DNA of 63,211 bases, counting the filler, from Octopus bimaculoides (taxonomy: Eukaryota): NCBI RefSeq assembly GCF_001194135.2. It is 7 parts of 7 records of this genome, joined end to end, with 100 filler letters (N's around TTAATTAATTAA, not from the genome) between each part and the next. Parts side by side here need not be neighbours in the genome. Positions count along the whole stretch, not along the records: positions 1 to 19,119 come from NC_068988.1; 6 more parts are not named here. One strand, 5' to 3'. Below, piece by piece: positions 1 through 13,590 of this stretch (positions are counted from its first letter, which is position 1; every line of letters starts with the position of its first letter). The notes beneath the pieces are model-generated. The model saw only the letters and a list, made by a program, of their open reading frames with translations. It was not told where the DNA came from and ran no database searches. Both the position numbers and the translations under genes were made by a program.

Positions 1-239
1 AGCACGTTATAAAAATAAAACTACTGAACAATAATAATAATAATAACAACTCTGTCAGTCCCTCACCACTAGCAAAATAACGAAAAGAAAACATGCCAAC
101 ATGTTTAATACAGTATATTACATACTAACATTTTATATACATTCAACCATCTCATATACAAACATCTCATATACATGTGTGGGCGTGTGTGTGTGTGCTT
201 GTGTTAATCCATTGCGGTAAAGAGATTGCGTTTAAGCTA

Positions 240-435
240 TCATACAGTCTTCCGTCGGGCGAAAACCAGGGTCTTCGGAATTACTGTCGACAACAACTTA
301 ATCCGCGGTGCCCACATAAACAACAAAGTGGACAAGACTGGCAGGGCGTGCTCCTGGATCCTCAGGATTTATCAGTCGCGAGAAGCTCCTACCGTTATCT
401 TTCTCTTCTCCACATTCGTCTATCCTCACCTTGAT
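240..435 (+). mobile_element. LINE (CR1/L2-like) ORF2 C-terminal fragment
   Basis: Frame reads RVFGITVDNNLIRGAHINNKVDKTGRACSWILRIYQSREAPTVIFLFSTFVYPHLD. This matches the post-RT LG(V/I)x(I/V)DxxLxxxxHI...xLxRxF...(F/Y)VRPHL(D/E)Y pattern of CR1/L2/Jockey-group LINEs. Confidence 0.7.
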
Positions 436-656
436 AGGTAGATACATTTCTTTTATTAGCCACACAGGGCTCAACACAGATGGGACAAATACAATGTAGA
501 GCTTTTCTTTTTGGGAGGGGTAAGGAGAGAAAAAAAAGGGGGGGGTGATCAAAAGGGATCGGGAAAAAAGAAGCGATCAATAGGGATCGTGTATCAGTAA
601 TGTTCTCGTGTAAAAAAGGGGAGGACAGTTAAGGTTTAGCCGTGGAAAGAAAAGCC

Positions 657-688
<32 letters not shown>

Positions 689-3600
689 GAGAGGGGGGGT
701 AGAAAGATAGATTTTTGCTTTAGAAATAGAAACGCTCGCTGTTTTGATGCTACGACTGAAGAGGAAATATTTATGTAAGCAGACTCATTCAAAAAGATGA
801 ATAAATGACAAATACAAAAGAATTCCCAATGGGATTCGAACTTCAAAACATGAAGCACTAAACTAGCCACCGTAAATAATGTAAATAATTATATCACTTC
901 TCTCTCTCTCTCTCTCTCTCTCATCTACAAAAAAATTATTATTCCTAAAATAAAATGTATTTACTGAACGTGAGAAGACAAATTGCACCCAGATGGGAAT
1001 TGAACTAAAAAATACTTAACGAACTGTATGTATGTACGATGAGACGATACACAGCTCTTTACTTTGTGTGCTAATTTATGTTGTGCTTAACTAAATTCAA
1101 GAAAAAAAAATAGGTTATACTTAACTAAATCCATGAAAAGAAACATGGAAGCGAAACGAAATATCCTTAAATCTTTAAGACCTCTTGTTAATAATTGTTA
1201 ATAATTGTTAACGCTTGAAGAACTACGCTCTTATGGAAAGAAAACCACAATTGAAAGCTTGAACGATCTCTCAAGATTCTTTAAGTTTCAAAGGCATGTT
1301 TGCAACACAACGGTAGTATCTAACGTTTTGTTATTTATTGTGTATGTATATGCTTACACACACACACACTAGCACACTACACACAGATATGTAATATATA
1401 TCGATTTAATGCACAATTATATATATATATAGATATACATACTTGCATATGCGTATATATATATATAGGGGCCGCAAACATTAAATGAAATGTAAAAGAC
1501 TGTGATATGCAAATTAGGAGCTCGAGTTCTCTGAAATGACTAGATTTTGTTGTGGATATAAGCAGAATGGCTGCATATTTTCTTGAGAGAGACAGAAAGA
1601 GAGAGGGGGAAGAAAGAAAGAAAGAGAGATGAAACTGAGAAGAATTTGTCTCTGATGAGGCGTAATAAAACCAAAACTTATGGATTGTTTTATTTCATTT
1701 TTCCAGTTTTCTTTATAGACCGAATCCTCACTGATCTCAATCATCGATATCTGTCTAAAAATTTCAATCAGTTGATCTTACTAAAGTTTCCTCCTGTATT
1801 CGATATTTGTCGATTTTAAACAAACAAAGAGGTATACTTCGTTTACTAATTGTATGGATAATATTCGACTGATATTTTTTTCAACTTAATATATTACACG
1901 TGTGAAACCCAACTGCATGCTTATATGATATGAGAACGCGCCAAAAAAGATATCTCTTTGTCAATGAGCATACAGCAATAGATAGGTCTCTGTTTCGTTT
2001 TGTCCTGTAGAAGATTGCGATAAGGCAATTTGAACTCAGCGCAATTAAATATATGCTTCACTATCTATGGTTACATGTTCGTTATTGTTTTACAGTTTAT
2101 TTCGTGTGTTTTTGAAATCTACTATTGTTATTGTTTGTTTGTTTACACACAGAGACATATTTGAACAAGCATGTTTGTGCTGTTTAAGGGGGGGGGGCAG
2201 GTAGCGGGAAGTGTGTGGATGTGTGGATGTGTGGATGTGCGTGCATGGGTATTACCATAATGCCTGCCTGCTTTTCCTTTCTTTGAGTATGCTTGCCTAT
2301 ATACGTAAACATATATGCATGAATTTATATATATATTTATTTATANNNNNNNNNNNNNNNNNNNNNNNNNNNNNNNNNNNNNNNNNNNNNNNNNNNNNNN
2401 NNNNNNNNNNNNNNNNNNNNNNNNNNNNNNNNNNNNNNNNNNNNNNNNNNNNNNNNNNNNNNNNNNNNNNNNNNNNNNNNNNNNNNNNNNNNNNNNNNNN
2501 NNNNNNNNNNNNNNNNNNNNNNNNNNNNNNNNNNNNNNNNNNNNNNNNNNNNNNNNNNNNNNNNNNNNNNNNNNNNNNNNNNNNNNNNNNNNNNNNNNNN
2601 NNNNNNNNNNNNNNNNNNNNNNNNNNNNNNNNNNNNNNNNNNNNNNNNNNNNNNNNNNNNNNNNNNNNNNNNNNNNNNNNNNNNNNNNNNNNNNNNNNNN
2701 NNNNNNNNNNNNNNNNNNNNNNNNNNNNNNNNNNNNNNNNNNNNNNNNNNNNNNNNNNNNNNNNNNNNNNNNNNNNNNNNNNNNNNNNNNNNNNNNNNNN
2801 NNNNNNNNNNNNNNNNNNNNNNNNNNNNNNNNNNNNNNNNNNNNNNNNNNNNNNNNNNNNNNNNNNNNNNNNNNNNNNNNNNNNNNNNNNNNNNNNNNNN
2901 NNNNNNNNNNNNNNNNNNNNNNNNNNNNNNNNNNNNNNNNNNNNNNNNNNNNNNNNNNNNNNNNNNNNNNNNNNNNNNNNNNNNNNNNNNNNNNNNNNNN
3001 NNNNNNNNNNNNNNNNNNNNNNNNNNNNNNNNNNNNNNNNNNNNNNNNNNNNNNNNNNNNNNNNNNNNNNNNNNNNNNNNNNNNNNNNNNNNNNNNNNNN
3101 NNNNNNNNNNNNNNNNNNNNNNNNNNNNNNNNNNNNNNNNNNNNNNNNNNNNNNNNNNNNNNNNNNNNNNNNNNNNNNNNNNNNNNNNNNNNNATATATA
3201 TATATATATATATATACATGCATATATGGCTCTGCGTTGGAGTATGGGAGCGAGTGACTATATACGTGTGTGTGTGTGTGTGTGTATACACTTGTGTGTG
3301 TATTCGTGGCTGTTGTTTGCCAACCTCCACGTCTTCATCCCGCGCGCCGAATATTAATGACTCCAGTCGGGTGAACGTCCCACAAGAGATAATGGAGATG
3401 ATGTTAAGCACATGTAAAACACTTAGAATCTGCTACTGAAGTAAATGTACCAACGTAGGGAGTCTAAGCCATCGCCCTGCCCTACCACCACCGCCACCAC
3501 CACCACTACCGTCACCAACGCCGTCGCCATCGTGGATGTATTCCTCCGAAGGTAGGAGTAGAGTGTGGGAAGAGAGATGTATGTGGGTGTGTCACTGAAG

Positions 3601-3724
3601 GTGGTGGTGGTGGTGGTGGTGGTGGTGGTAGGTGAAGGGTGGACTGACATTGAAGGATTGCGGGAGCCAGAAGTCAAAGAAAGACTGTGAGTACCAGAGA
3701 GAGAGACAGAGACAGAGAAAAAGA

Positions 3725-3766
<42 letters not shown>

Positions 3767-4074
3767 AGACAAAGAAAGGGAGGGAGACTGAGCGAAACAG
3801 AGAGAGAAAGACAGAGGGAAAGAGAAGAGGGCGAGAGATAGAGGGGCACAGACAGATAAAGAGAGAGAGACACAAATGGCTAGACAGAGAGACAGACAGA
3901 CAGACAGAAACGTACGCACATTGATAGAGACAGGTGGAGACATCTACACACACACACACGCACATACTGTGTCTAGAACTATGCTAACGAAAATGTACTT
4001 CTCATTAAATTTTGAGACGTTTCGGTATGATTTGGGGGATGATTTGGTTGTTATTGTTAGCAGGTCGAAGTGTG

Positions 4075-5233
4075 AAGCATTAGAACGTCAGAATATATTT
4101 GTAGAATATATTCCGGACTCTTGTCGTCCCGGTTTCGAATCCCACAGAGATCCACTTTGTCTTTCATCCTTCCAGGATCGATAAAACAAAGTACCAATCA
4201 TGTTAATGAGGTCGATGGCACCGACTAAGTCCCTTCCCTTCAAAATTTCTGGTCTGGCGCCTGAGTCAGAAACCATTGTTTTGAGGTCGAACTTCTATCA
4301 AACGGAGGATGCTTTCATTCGTATGTATAAAACATGGAAGCGGTGACTGTACGTGCGCGCGTGCGTGTCGTGTTTGCGTATGTGTGTGTGTGGGTGTGCG
4401 CGCGTGTACGTGTGTGTGTGTGTGTGTGTGTGGGCGAGCGTGTATGTGTTTTTCTATTATGTATTTATCATCGTCGGTTTTACCATTTCCAAAGAAAATT
4501 CCCAACCATTTGCCAACGGCGAACATGAAATCATACTGGAGAACTGGGGCAGGAATGGTAATATGAGTGAATAGGTTTATCGTATTGAAGAAAGATTTGA
4601 ATGGACTTTGGTTATTATTCGATTAGATCGACCCCAGTGTTCAGCTGATGCTTATTTTATCGACCCCGAAAGGAGGAAATGCAAAGTCGACTACGAGGGA
4701 ATTTGAACTCAGAACGCAGTGGAAGGCGAAATACTGATATGCATTTCGTCCGGCATGCTAACAATTCTGCCAGCCCGCCACCTTTTAATAATGATAATAA
4801 TAATTTATTTCTTTATTGCCTACAGGGGGCTAAACATAGAGGGGACAAACAAGGACTGGCAAAGGGATTAAGTCGATTACATCGATTCCAGTGTGTAACT
4901 GGTACTTAATTAATCGACCCCGAAAGGATGAAAAGCAAAGTCGACCACGGCGGAATTTGAACTCAGAACGAAATACCGGCAGACGCAATTTTTTCACAAA
5001 GTCATCAATTTCGGGGTAGGTGGTTAGTCGTTCACATCGACCCCAGTGTTCAACTGGTACTTATTCTATCGACCTCAAAATGATGAACGCAATGCCGACT
5101 CCGGCGGCATTTTAAACTCAGGACTTAAAGTCGAAATTAAATGCCTCTAAGCAATTTTCCCGGCGCGGTTAACGATTCTGCCAGCTCGCCCCCTTAATAA
5201 TAATCATGATAATGATAAATAATAATAATGATG

Positions 5234-5268
<35 letters not shown>

Positions 5269-5740
5269 CGAAAATGCCGAAGAAATAGAATACAATAACC
5301 ACCATGGTGTTGGAAGGAATTTGGAAAATACATCAAAATATAACTACGCTGCCCCATATACCGATATTTTTTGCCCTCATTTTATTTATTTATTTTTGTA
5401 TTTTATTTTTATCATTATTTATTTATTTTTGTATTTTATTTTTATCATTATTTATTTATTTTTGTATTTTATTTTTATCATTATTTATTTATTTTTGTAT
5501 TTTATTTTTATCATTATTTATTTATTTTTGTATTTTATTTTTATCATTATTTATTTATTTTTGTATTTTATTTTTATCATTATTTATTTAGTTAGTTATT
5601 TATTTTCATTTTGGTGTCAATTTTGAAGGGAATTATTGATTAGCTATTAACTTATCCAGAAAATCGACTTCTAGAGTGATCCCTAGGGAGATAACTTAAT
5701 TAAATTTACGTCCCACTACCTTTCCTCAAAAGATGCACGT

Positions 5741-5776
<36 letters not shown>

Positions 5777-6090
5777 TAGAAGTTCTACAAGCCATGCGTT
5801 TGCTGTTTTGTTGGTGTTGTTGTTGTTGTTGTCGTTGTTGTTGTTGTTGTAGCTACTGTTGTTGCTGGCATTGTTGTTATTGGTACTGCTAAGGCATTTG
5901 CGAGCTGGTAGAATCGTGAGCGGCATTTCGTCGTCTTTACGTTCGGAGTTCAAATTCCGCCGAGGTCGACTTTGCTTTTCATCCTTTCGGGTTCAATGAA
6001 ATAAATACCAGTGAAACCCTGGGGTCGATGTAATCGACTAAGTCCACTCCCCAACATTTTCAGGCGTTGTGCCTTTAGCAGGAACGATCA
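4075..6090. mobile_element. Cluster of about 5 copies of tRNA-derived SINE family A (about 4075-4275 +, 4620-4779 -, 4804-4970 -, 5000-5190 -, 5900-6090 +)
   Basis: Recurrent head ggcgagctggcagaatcgttagca...gagttcaaattccgccgagg and core gtcgactttgcctttcatcctttcggggtcgataaa.taagtaccag, seen on both strands. Confidence 0.85.
5391..5588. repeat. 33-bp minisatellite x6 (tatttttgtattttatttttatcattatttatt)
   Basis: Direct reading: six essentially identical units. They explain the repetitive ORFs at 5228-5626. Confidence 0.95.
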
Positions 6091-6447
6091 TTATTATTAT
6101 TTTTTTTTTTTTTTTTTNNNNNNNNNNNNNNNNNNNNNNNNNNNNNNNNNNNNNNNNNNNNNNNNNNNNNNNNNNNNNNNNNNNNNNNNNNNNNNNNNNN
6201 NNNNNNNNNNNNNNNNNNNNNNNNNNNNNNNNNNNNNNNNNNNNNNNNNNNNNNNNNNNNNNNNNNNNNNNNNNNNNNNNNNNNNNNNNNNNNNNNNNNN
6301 NNNNNNNNNNNNNNNNNNNNNNNNNNNNNNNNNNNNNNNNNNNNNNNNNNNNNNNNNNNNNNNNNNNNNNNNNNNNNNNNNNNNNNNNNNNNNNNNNNNN
6401 NNNNNNNNNNNNNNNNNNNNNNNNNNNNNNNNNNNNNNNNNNNNNNG

Positions 6448-6720
6448 CTAAGTTACGGGGACGTAAACACACCAGCATCGGTTGTCGAGCGATGTTGGGG
6501 GGAGGGAACAAACACAGACACACAAACATATACACACACATACATACATATATATATACATATATATACGACGGGCTTCTTTCAGTTTCCGTCTACCAAA
6601 TCCACTCACAAGGCTTTGGTCGGCCCCAGGTTATAGTAGAAGACACTTGCGCAAGGTGCCACGCAGTGGGACTGAACCCGGAACCATGTGGTTCGTAAGC
6701 AAGCTACTTACCACACAGCC
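6448..6720 (-). mobile_element. tRNA-derived CORE-like SINE family B
   Basis: Minus strand reads ggctgtgtggtaagtagcttgcttacgaaccacatggttccgggttcagtcccactgcgtggcaccttgcgcaagtgtcttctactata: A/B boxes plus a CORE-like segment. Homologous copies at about 15843, 18185, 22855 and 41429. Confidence 0.85.
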
Positions 6721-6728
6721 AATTACTA

Positions 6729-6773
<45 letters not shown>

Positions 6774-7105
6774 GCACACCTCGCTTGATGCCCCTGTGGC
6801 AAATAAATTATATAATTTTTACTATTATTAAGAAATTATTACTACATCAACTACTACTACTACTATTACTAATGCGTTACATTACTTCATCTGGAATCCC
6901 AGCGTGTGATATTGTGGGGCGTCCCCTGTATAGGGGTCTGTATCTGTGTGGGGGTATTTGTGAGAGGGGGAAATAATGAGACGTCCAACTATGATAATTA
7001 ATAGCTTTCAATTCTTTCACGCACCACATCTGGGACCTTAATATATAATTCGTCATCCCCACCCCCTGTTCTTCCTCTTGCTTTGTAACACACTCTATGA
7101 GTGTG

Positions 7106-7140
<35 letters not shown>

Positions 7141-7191
7141 ATAGAGAGAAAGGGAAAGAGATAATAACAATAAATGTAACCAACATAAAGT

Positions 7192-7420
7192 GGCGAGCTG
7201 GCGAAACTGTTAGGATGCCGGACAAAATGCTTAACGGCCTTTCGTCCGTCTTTATGAACCGAGTTCAAATTCCACTTAATTTGACTCTGCATTTCATCAT
7301 TCAGGGGTCGATAAAAAAATGTACCGGCTGAGTACGGGGGTTGATGCAATCGACTTAGTCCACTCCCCCGCCCCCACTCCGCCGAAATTTCTTGTCTTGT
7401 GACAAAGTTTGAAACTAATA
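7192..7420 (+). mobile_element. SINE family A copy
   Basis: Same head and core as the 4075-6090 cluster. Confidence 0.8.
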
Positions 7421-8039
7421 AATGGTAGATAATACATGTAGCTCCTATTAAATGAGTTAAGCGACCTTGCCTTTTGTGTGCATCTGTGGTTCCCAAATTT
7501 TTGCCGTTTCTTGACCCCTTGGCACCCGGGCCACATTCTTAACAACCTCCACCACCACTACAAATTCAAAACAACTGTATTTCACAAATAAAAGTTAACC
7601 TAATTAACCCATTNNNNNNNNNNNNNNNNNNNNNNNNNNNNNNNNNNNNNNNNNNNNNNNNNNNNNNNNNNNNNNNNNNNNNNNNNNNNNNNNNNNNNNN
7701 NNNNNNNNNNNNNNNNNNNNNNNNNNNNNNNNNNNNNNNNNNNNNNNNNNNNNNNNNNNNNNNNNNNNNNNNNNNNNNNNNNNNNNNNNNNNNNNNNNNN
7801 NNNNNNNNNNNNNNNNNNNNNNNNNNNNNNNNNNNNNNNNNNNNNNNNNNNNNNNNNNNNNNNNNNNNNNNNNNNNNNNNNNNNNNNNNNNNNNNNNNNN
7901 NNNNNNNNNNNNNNNNNNNNNNNNNNNNNNNNNNNNNNNNNNNNNNNNNNNNNNNNNNNNNNNNNNNNNNNNNNNNNNNNNNNNNNNNNNNNNNNNNNNN
8001 NNNNNNNNNNNNNNNNNNNNNNNNNNNNNNNNNNNNNNN

Positions 8040-8232
8040 AGTTGTTCAAAGGTCCGGTGGGAAATGCACACTATCCAAAAACGTATGGACGATATTTTAT
8101 GTAGTCGTAGGACCATTGGTCCCCCTCTCGTATTCACAACCTTATTGCAGCGGGTCTTCAATTTTTCTAAGCCCTGTAAAACTCGGAAGGCTGGGCCTCC
8201 GACCAGGCCTTTCACCACACTCTTAAACCCTG
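8040..8232 (-). mobile_element. mariner transposon 3' end remnant
   Basis: Frameshifted minus-strand AQPSEFYRA/LEKLKTRCNKVVNTRGG resembles the mariner transposase C-terminus. It is followed by a TIR-like end (gttgttcaaaggtccggtg on +) abutting the gap. Confidence 0.55.
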
Positions 8233-8253
8233 GAAGTTTTCAGCACTCTCTCT

Positions 8254-8304
<51 letters not shown>

Positions 8305-8333
8305 ATTCTCTCTCTGTTTGTTTCCTCATGTTC

Positions 8334-8369
8334 CTTTCTGTTGATGAGCGTAGGCTCGAAACATAAAAG
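8334..8369 (+). ncRNA. Variant minimal type I hammerhead-like motif in a Penelope-type repeat tail
   Basis: cttt-CTGTTGA-t-gagc(gtag)gctc-GAAA-c-a-TA-aaag. Stems I and II are present; the core has A6U and stem III is mutated. Confidence 0.45.
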
Positions 8370-9464
8370 ACTTTCTCACCTTCCCGAGCGTTAAACTAAT
8401 ACACCTGTTTCTTGTTTATACACCTGTCTTCGTCTTCTGTTTTTCTGTAAATTTAAATTATAAACTGACCATGTTATTAAGCTATGATGTACAATTGTAG
8501 TTTGCCACCACTTTCCACAGGTAAATCAATACTCACTGAACTGTAGCAAATATAATAACATTGTTATTTTGTTTCCAGCTGTTTTACGGTATTACTGTTT
8601 TATATGCATATGGTCTGCTACAACAAAGTTAGAATACATGAAAATGGGTCCATTTGTTACGAATTGCGATTCCCTCCTTATATAGCACATTTTTCGAAAC
8701 TTTTGGGCCACACCCCACAAAAAAATCGTGGATCCCACTTGATATGTGTGTATATGTGCAGTTTTGGGGAGCAGTGCACGTGTAGATTTGTAAGTTGTAC
8801 GAATTGTCATGCATATAATAGCATGTCTAGACATGCGCATATATACTGACGGACGAGCGGACGGACGGAGGTACCGACGAATTGTTGGCTGCATGGATGG
8901 ATGAATGGATGGATGGATGGATGGATATGCGTGTGCGTTTGTGTGTGTATTATAATTGAAGACACTTGCCCATTGTGCCGTGTAGCCAGACTGAACGCGA
9001 AAGCTTGTGGTTGCAAAGCGTGCTTCTAAACCACTCAGCTAAACCTGCGTCTATTTTTCTACAGATAGTAAGAATTATGTATTTCTGTCAATGCACGGGT
9101 TTGAAATGATGGGGAAAGAGGAAAAAGTAGATTTCGGGAAGGAACGGAGTTAGAAGCAGAAAGCGAATTGATAAAACAATGAAGGGGGAAGGTTTATTGC
9201 TCATAATGAGGAAGAGAATTAGGGAGCAGGGGGCGTCTTTTTTGGTCAGTTGGAGAGCAGTCATTCATAAACAACTTTTCATTAACAATATACAACACAT
9301 TCCTGTCTGTGCATGCGCAATAGATATGAATAGTTGAAATTCACCTGCCAGCTCGCATATTTTCTCACACCGACACACACACAGAAACATCCACAGGCAC
9401 AAACATATATATGTATGTGTGTATGTATCTATATATATATATTTGTGTGTGTGTGTGTTGTGTG

Positions 9465-9501
<37 letters not shown>

Positions 9502-9528
9502 TACATACGAATACTGCCGAAAGCTGCT

Positions 9529-9602
<74 letters not shown>

Positions 9603-10278
9603 TACACACACACATACGTATACGGGCACATACAAATACACATCCACATTTACAGCATGACATCCATGTACGTGCAATATGTCATCTCCTGCAATGCTAT
9701 AAGTGAGTAGGCGCATACATAGACACATTCTCATTCATCTACACAAGCACCCACACACATACACACACACGCACACACATACACGCACGCACACACACAC
9801 ACACACGCAAACAAACACACACAAATGTACATATTCATTAATATTTTACAAAAAGTGGGGCGGCAGTGACTGCATGTCTTCATTTCATCACGCTATGACG
9901 AAAGCTGCTTAGCCAAACCTTCGAAGTTACTGTCACCTATCTTATAAAAGCCTTATATGTATGTATATATTTTAAACTTTAGCGTTTACTTTAAAATGAC
10001 TCCATCCAGGGACATCGCGTTGAAGAATTTTGACCAAGTGAATTCACTCCAGTCCTTATTTTTTTTAAGCCTGTTACTTATTCTATCGTTCCTATGAACT
10101 TTTCTTTTAATTACATTTTTTTTAAATATGTATCTTTGATAAGGTTCGTTTTTTTTCAAGAACCGAAACATGTTAAATATCTCTGAGAAAATTATAAATT
10201 AAAATTCATTTTTTATATATTGGCGTTTTCAAACTTCTTTTTTATAAATATATACCCACTCGTATGCCACCTACACTT

Positions 10279-10309
<31 letters not shown>

Positions 10310-11182
10310 NNNNNNNNNNNNNNNNNNNNNNNNNNNNNNNNNNNNNNNNNNNNNNNNNNNNNNNNNNNNNNNNNNNNNNNNNNNNNNNNNNNNNNNNNNN
10401 NNNNNNNNNNNNNNNNNNNNNNNNNNNNNNNNNNNNNNNNNNNNNNNNNNNNNNNNNNNNNNNNNNNNNNNNNNNNNNNNNNNNNNNNNNNNNNNNNNNN
10501 NNNNNNNNNNNNNNNNNNNNNNNNNNNNNNNNNNNNNNNNNNNNNNNNNNNNNNNNNNNNNNNNNNNNNNNNNNNNNNNNNNNNNNNNNNNNNNNNNNNN
10601 NNNNNNNNNNNNNNNNNNNNNNNNNNNNNNNNNNNNNNNNNNNNNNNNNNNNNNNNNNNNNNNNNNNNNNNNNNNNNNNNNNNNNNNNNNNNNNNNNNNN
10701 NNNNNNNNNNNNNNNNNNNNNNNNNNNNNNNNNNATACCGTACGAGTGGAAATATATATGAAAGAAGGTTTGAAAATGGACTTATTTTTTAAAATATTTA
10801 TTTACTTAACCGGTTTCACTTTTTTAGAAAAAGATTATCAAAAGTCTTTGAGAATAATAAAAAAATGTTAAAAAACAGTTTGAGTATTAAAATGCATATA
10901 TACATTCTTTGATGATAAAATATATTTAAAGTATAAAGCTTTGTATGAACTTTGTATTGTTACATACTAATTATCACACATTCTCTGATATTAAGGTGAA
11001 AATGTTTAAAACAGTGTATGAAAATACACATATGGAAAAATACATATACATATTCTTATACATATTCTTTGATAATCGAATAAAGTTGAGGAGGAACTGA
11101 CCTATGTATTCGTGTGTGTGTCTATATGTATATATATATACATATATACATATATGTGTGTATGTGTGTGTGTATATGTTTA

Positions 11183-11213
<31 letters not shown>

Positions 11214-11749
11214 GTACATACATACATGCATGCATTCATTCACATACATTCACATACACAGATTAATACAGGAAAATATACCTACATCCTTATACAAACA
11301 TCCCACATCTATGTCTTTCTCCTCCAAACTACATCAGAAGAGGGATCTATGTGTGTGCAAAACTATCAGGGCAACATCAAAACGCCACAGCGCGTACATC
11401 CCTATACATGAATACAGGTGTGAGATTAGGTTGAGGGGTGGGGCATGAGAAAGGTTTATTTAAGCACATGGGTGAAGCTGTGGCGAGGGAGAAAATAATG
11501 CTCTGTTTTTTATGGGGTTTAGCGTTTGTGTGTGGGGGTGGGGGCATCGCGTGGGTGTGTCTATGTCCTAGAAACTGGGTTAATGGAGTTCCCGGGTGCG
11601 TTAAAATGGTGGGATACGGGTTGGCCCCGAAATGCGCTGGAGAACGCTGCGAGGGTCGTCACAGAAATGGTGAGGCGTATTCGATCTAGTGTCGCTAATA
11701 TACGAGGCATGGCAGACTTGCCAGAGACGGAGAGAAATATATATATAGA

Positions 11750-11787
<38 letters not shown>

Positions 11788-11941
11788 CAGAGAGACAGAG
11801 ACAGACAGAGAGAGAGAAACGGAACGAAACGGAGAGAGACAGACAGATAGACAGAGAGGGAGAGAGGAAGAGATCGAGCGGGACAGGTAGGTAAAGAGTG
11901 AGAGACACAGGGAAAGACACACAGAATGATAGACAGAGACA

Positions 11942-11986
<45 letters not shown>

Positions 11987-12129
11987 ACAAAAACACAAAC
12001 ACGTATTTTTATTTCGTATGTCTCTTCCACATCTGTGTGTGCGTGTGTGTGTGTGTGTGTGTATTTGTAATGTCTGTGTATACCCAAAGCATTTCTTGTA
12101 AACACAAGACTGTTAAATAATAATAATGG

Positions 12130-12555
12130 TTTCAAATTTTGGTACTAGGCCAGCAATTTCGGGAAAGAGGGTAAGTTGAAAAGATCAACCCCAATGTTCA
12201 ACTGGTACTTATTTTATCGATTCCGGAAGGATAAAAGGCAAATTCGACCTCGGGCTGAATTTGAACTCAGTACGTAAGCGTAAGGACGGACGAAATACCT
12301 CTAAGCACCTTGTCCGGCGTGCCAACGATTCTGCCTGCTCGCCGCCTTTATAATACGAATAATAATTTCAAATTTTGGCACAAGGCTAGCAATTTGGGAG
12401 AAGGAGTAAGTCGATTACATCGACCCCAGCGTTCAACTGGTACTTATTTTATCGACCCTGATTGGATGAAAAGCAAAGTCGACCCCATTTGTATTGATGC
12501 TTACATTTTCACTCAGAAAGTTAAGACAGAAGAAATGCCGCAAAACATTTTTTTC
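12130..12555 (-). mobile_element. Two tandem SINE family A copies
   Basis: Family A core and head on the minus strand, twice. Confidence 0.75.
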
Positions 12556-12898
12556 CGGCGGTACAGTTGCTGGTGTGTGAATGCTAATTTGTTTTCGTTG
12601 AAAAAGTGCACTGCCTTTTCTTAAGAACCTGTCGTATCTTAATTTCAGGCCCACCATCTTAATTTGAAAAACAGCGACAGATGTGGCTTCTTATCATCAT
12701 CTTTTAACTCTTTCCCGCCCCATAACTCGAGTTGCTTTTGTATATGTCTTCTATANNNNNNNNNNNNNNNNNNNNNNNNNNNNNNNNNNNNNNNNNNNNN
12801 NNNNNNNNNNNNNNNNNNNNNNNNNNNNNNNNNNNNNNNNNNNNNNNNNNNNNNNNNNNNNNNNNNNNNNNNNNNNNNNNNNNNNNNNNNNNNNNNNN

Positions 12899-13220
12899 AG
12901 CCTGCTCGTGAAATTAACGTGTAAGTGGCTGAGCACTCCACAGACACGTGTACCCTTAACGTAGTTCTCGGGGATATTCAGCGTGACACAGTGTGACAAG
13001 GCTGACCCTTTGAATTACAGGCACAACAGAAACAGGAAGTAAGAGTGAGAGAAAGTTGTGGTGAAAGAGTACAGTAGGGTTCGCCACCATCCCCTGCCGG
13101 AGCCTCGTGGAGCTTTTGGTGTTTTCGCTCAATAAACACTCACAACGCCCGGTCTGGGAATCGAAACCGCAATCTATGACCGCGAGTCCGCTGCCCTAAC
13201 CACTGGGCCATTGCGCCTCC
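12899..13220 (-). mobile_element. tRNA-derived SINE family C (truncated by gap)
   Basis: Reverse complement matches the full-length copy at 16033-16412 almost throughout. Confidence 0.9.
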
Positions 13221-13264
13221 ACAACAGTCGTGTAAATCATCATGAAAACCTCGTAGTCGTTTTT

Positions 13265-13590
13265 GTTATACAGCTGAGGTCGACTTTAACTTTGATTCTT
13301 TCTGGGACGATGAAATACAGAATCAATGAAGTACTAAGAATGGTGAAGTCGAGAAACATCCACAGAAAATTGATGGTTTTCATCATAGAGAAGAAATCAT
13401 TATTATTAGTAATAATATGGCGCCGAGCTGGCAGAATCTTGCGCACGTCGGGTGAAATGCTTAGCGGCATTTATGTTCAGAGTTCATACACCACCGAAGT
13501 TGGCTTTGCCTTTCACCCCTCTGGGGTCGATAAAATAAGAACCAATTGAACACTGGGGTAGATCTAATCGACTGGCCTCCTCCCCTCCAA
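13265..13590 (+). mobile_element. Two SINE family A copies
   Basis: gaggtcgactttaactttgattctttctgggacgatg and ggcgccgagctggcagaatc...ggctttgcctttcacccctctggggtcgataaaataag. Confidence 0.7.

Noticed and set aside
2211-3439. Long ORFs of 200-370 aa in the track (also 6011-6698, 7600-8218, 10220-10792, 22387-23051, 55739-56459, 59732-60745)
   Set aside because: They are open only because they run through N gaps and dinucleotide repeats.
10215-10790. Inverted similar ends (cccactcgta / tacgagtgg) flanking a gap
   Set aside because: Probably two mariner-type MITE termini facing each other. The gap prevents interpretation.
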